NCBI GenBank assembly: GCA_010093995.1
Contig: ML992509.1
Coordinates: forward strand, 1,015,850 to 1,079,849
Origin: Elsinoe ampelina
Lineage: Eukaryota
Reading direction: 5' to 3'
DNA: 64,000 nt
The notes below the pieces were generated by a model, which saw only the letters and a program-made list of their open reading frames with translations, was not told the DNA's origin and made no database searches. Positions 61,426 through 64,000 of this stretch are shown here, piece after piece (position 1 is the first letter of the stretch; each line of letters opens with the position of its first letter). The position numbers were made by a program, and so were the translations under genes.

Positions 61426-64000
61426 CTAGAACCACAACCCATCCTCTCCATCGCTCTCCTCGTCACTCTTCAAGATCTCCTCCCTCGTCAACCTCTTCTT
61501 CTCCTTTCCCTTTCCCTTACCAGCACTCTGCCCGTGCAGACCCATATTCCCCTTCAGCATGGCGTACTGACGCTCACGACGCTCCTTCTCGAACCTCTCT
61601 CTCTTCTCCTCGCGTTCCCTGACGTGCTCCGCCCACAGCCGCTCCGCTTCATTTGCCCGGAACCTGTTGTAGAGGTCTTCCGTACCGTGATACTCATCGG
61701 CCGAATCGTCAATGACTTTGCCGAGAAGCTTGCGGTAGTGGTGCTCGTCCTCGTTGATGAGATCAAACTCCGAGTCAATGATTGGAGGGGCTTGTGCTAG
61801 AGCGATGCTAAGAGACTTCTCGGTAACCAGACCGGAGTGAGGCGAAGGAATGGCACCCTTGGTGGCGCCTGCATGGTGGACAGACTTGAGAGTGCTCGGC
61901 AGGTATGGAGTCGACTGCGAGCGTGGGAGAGAGTTCTTAAGCTTCTCCTTTGACTCGTAGGAAGAGATGATGGAGAGCTTGGCCCCGGTACTAACGCGAG
62001 CCTTCAAGGGGACCAGACTGGAGATGCGGTAGTGGTCCGAATCGCGTCCCGAGTAGAGGAGCGAGGCCATGTCCTGGACGGTGCCGATGCGCCTGAGCGA
62101 GGACACAGCGTCAACGGTGTACTCAGGCTTGGAGCTGAGCGCGGCGTCAATGGTAGGCTCCTCCTCGATGCTAGACAGGTTGTGGAAGCCATCCTTTGTG
62201 TGGTCCACGACCTTCTTGCCCTTGTTCAAACGGGCAAGAATGGTCTCGATGGAGACACCATGCTTCTCAGCCTTCCTGGCAACCTTTGCGTCCTTCTCAC
62301 GCTTCTTCTCAGCGGCCTGCTCGAGCTCCTTCTTGCGGTTACGACGATAAGTCCCTTCGCTCTCATTGTCGCTGTCGAGGCAAGGGAAGTCGTCACCATA
62401 CATGCGATCGCCCTCGTGAAGTGCATAGGAGTTCTTATGGACTTTCTCCAGTGCGTTCACGATGTCGCCAAAGTCCCTGCCATCACGAACATTCGGATTC
62501 TCAGCGACCTCGCTCTCTGGAGGTGAGAGCACGGAAGAGGCGATGCTGATGTCAGATCTTGCGGAGCGGCCACTGACTGAACGAGCAGGACTCGATACGT
62601 CGCGACGTGAGGATGAAGGCACAATGTTGGGGTCATTCTCGAAGATCCTATCCAAAGCCTCGCCGGAGATTGGGACCGGAAGTGCAGGAGCACGATTGGA
62701 CCAATGGATGTGGGTGTGACGGTGAGGGTCGATAATGGTCGCGACTGGAGGGACACCAAAAGGAAAGTTGGAGTCGGCGGCGGGAGCAGGCGCAGGACCA
62801 GGGGGAGGGGGAGGCCCCATTGGAATGTCGGGGATGCTCGGAGGTGCTGGACTCGGTGCGCGAGAAGAAAATCCTGCATCAACAGAGTTGGCTGCTGTGC
62901 TACCACTGTAGTCACTTGGACTTCTCGTCGATGGGCGAAGAGTGTCTGTGGAAACTGAAGCGTGGGAGCGAGGACTGATGATCATGGATTCAGGCGGACT
63001 GTCGTTGGCGCGATCATCATGCTCGATGTTGTCTGTAGACTGTTCTCCAGTGTTTGTAGCTCGCTCTGCTGTGGTTTCTGTAGCTTCATCTTCAGTGATG
63101 CTTGTGGTCGGCCCCTCGGGAGTATCTGCTGGCTGCTCGACAGGTGTCGAGATACCACCACGCTCAAAGTAAGCGTTAGCCAGTGCAGCACCAGCAGCAG
63201 GCTCATACTCGACAGGCGCTTTCTGGACTTCTTCTGGCTGGGGAGTCACATCTTGTCCATCATGATCTCCTTTGTTGGCTTGCTTCTGCTGACTGCTGCC
63301 CGGGTGGGCCTGCTTTCCCTTGAGCTCATAGCCAAGATCTCCCAGACCATAATCATAGGCAAAGGCGAAAGGACGTTTACTAAGGTCCGTCTCACCAGAG
63401 TCGTCGGAGTCGTCATCTTTCTTGCCAGGGGGCTTGCGATGACCACCACCTGGGCCGCGACGGTCGACACTACCGGCCGTCTCACTGACTCCATGAGCAG
63501 TCGCCGCCTGCTCGGCAGCGGCCAACTTCTTCAACATTGACTGAGTGGCCATTGGACCGCCGGCGAGTGTGTGGCGAGCATGTGTCTCTGTGTTGGTCGG
63601 TCCGAGACTGATAGTCCAGACCTTCAGAGCAGGCTGGGAGATGCGGGACTTTGCCTGGTATGACTTGACGAAATCGTCGGTGCTCTTGGTCCTGTCTCCA
63701 AGGGGACGCATTTTACCGAATTGATGTGGACTACCATCGTCGTCTTCATCATCGTCACCCAAAGTGAAGCTTGCGCCGGGACCCGCTGCAGGCATCTTCT
63801 CGCGACGCTTGCTGGACAACTCTGATGCTTCGCGAGCAGCACGTCGACTGGCCAGATCGGCTTCGGCGGCCTTACTAGCCTTGTACCTGCGCTCAGCGAG
63901 ATCGCGCTCGTCCTCTTCCAGCTGGTTGGCCCATTGCATGACAGGCTCATCTTCTCGTCCATCGCCAGCGACGAGGATCCAATCGTACGGACACTTCTCC
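61426..64000 (-). CDS. 3' part of a trehalose-6-phosphate synthase/phosphatase-family protein (Tps3/Tsl1-like) with long C-terminal extension; 5' end outside the window
   Basis: The frame is open from the window edge: CPYDWILVAGDGREDEPVMQWANQL (HAD motif IV-like), later VWTISLG...THARHTL...MLKKLA, the typical end of the fungal TPP domain. Confidence 0.7.
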   Translation of the reverse strand, partial: EKCPYDWILVAGDGREDEPVMQWANQLEEDERDLAERRYKASKAAEADLASRRAAREASELSSKRREKMPAAGPGASFTLGDDDEDDDGSPHQFGKMRPLGDRTKSTDDFVKSYQAKSRISQPALKVWTISLGPTNTETHARHTLAGGPMATQSMLKKLAAAEQAATAHGVSETAGSVDRRGPGGGHRKPPGKKDDDSDDSGETDLSKRPFAFAYDYGLGDLGYELKGKQAHPGSSQQKQANKGDHDGQDVTPQPEEVQKAPVEYEPAAGAALANAYFERGGISTPVEQPADTPEGPTTSITEDEATETTAERATNTGEQSTDNIEHDDRANDSPPESMIISPRSHASVSTDTLRPSTRSPSDYSGSTAANSVDAGFSSRAPSPAPPSIPDIPMGPPPPPGPAPAPAADSNFPFGVPPVATIIDPHRHTHIHWSNRAPALPVPISGEALDRIFENDPNIVPSSSRRDVSSPARSVSGRSARSDISIASSVLSPPESEVAENPNVRDGRDFGDIVNALEKVHKNSYALHEGDRMYGDDFPCLDSDNESEGTYRRNRKKELEQAAEKKREKDAKVARKAEKHGVSIETILARLNKGKKVVDHTKDGFHNLSSIEEEPTIDAALSSKPEYTVDAVSSLRRIGTVQDMASLLYSGRDSDHYRISSLVPLKARVSTGAKLSIISSYESKEKLKNSLPRSQSTPYLPSTLKSVHHAGATKGAIPSPHSGLVTEKSLSIALAQAPPIIDSEFDLINEDEHHYRKLLGKVIDDSADEYHGTEDLYNRFRANEAERLWAEHVREREEKRERFEKERRERQYAMLKGNMGLHGQSAGKGKGKEKKRLTREEILKSDEESDGEDGLWF

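Noticed and set aside
1..64000. tRNA/rRNA genes
   Set aside because: The GTTCGA occurrences inspected lack cloverleaf context; no rRNA-like sequence recognised.

Overview
Eukaryotic window from a gene-dense filamentous ascomycete, with short 45-65 nt introns and CTRAC/CTAAC-type branch points. It holds about 22 protein-coding genes: PXR1/GNO1, IRC20/SHPRH-like helicase-RING, a SAM+HMG-box factor, palF/RIM8, a CFEM-GPI protein, SWIB/DEK-C (Uaf30-like), eIF3b, a methyltransferase, LSM6, Rad60/Esc2, RRS1, a DHA1 MFS transporter, a metallophosphoesterase, a PLD-family protein, FAR-17a/AIG1, RCY1, a PTH11-like receptor, an APC permease, the 3' part of a TPS/TPP-family gene, and several hypotheticals. 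There is one 548-nt assembly gap. The main accessory feature is a complete 5,187-bp DNA transposon (7303-12489) that the ORF track misses because RIP has destroyed its frames. It has 35-bp TIRs and a 5-bp GTCTG target duplication. Reversing the RIP mutations by eye recovers three genes: a Clr5-like + integrase-core DDE transposase (IS3EU-like), a repeat-containing ORF2, and an opposite-strand Cys6 zinc-cluster-like/coiled-coil ORF3. Other notable signals are recurrent ~1-kb C/A-to-G/T strand-skew flips, a TPS-family protein with a ~700-aa C-terminal extension, and two GC-AG introns. All family assignments come from motif recognition by eye; no searches were run.
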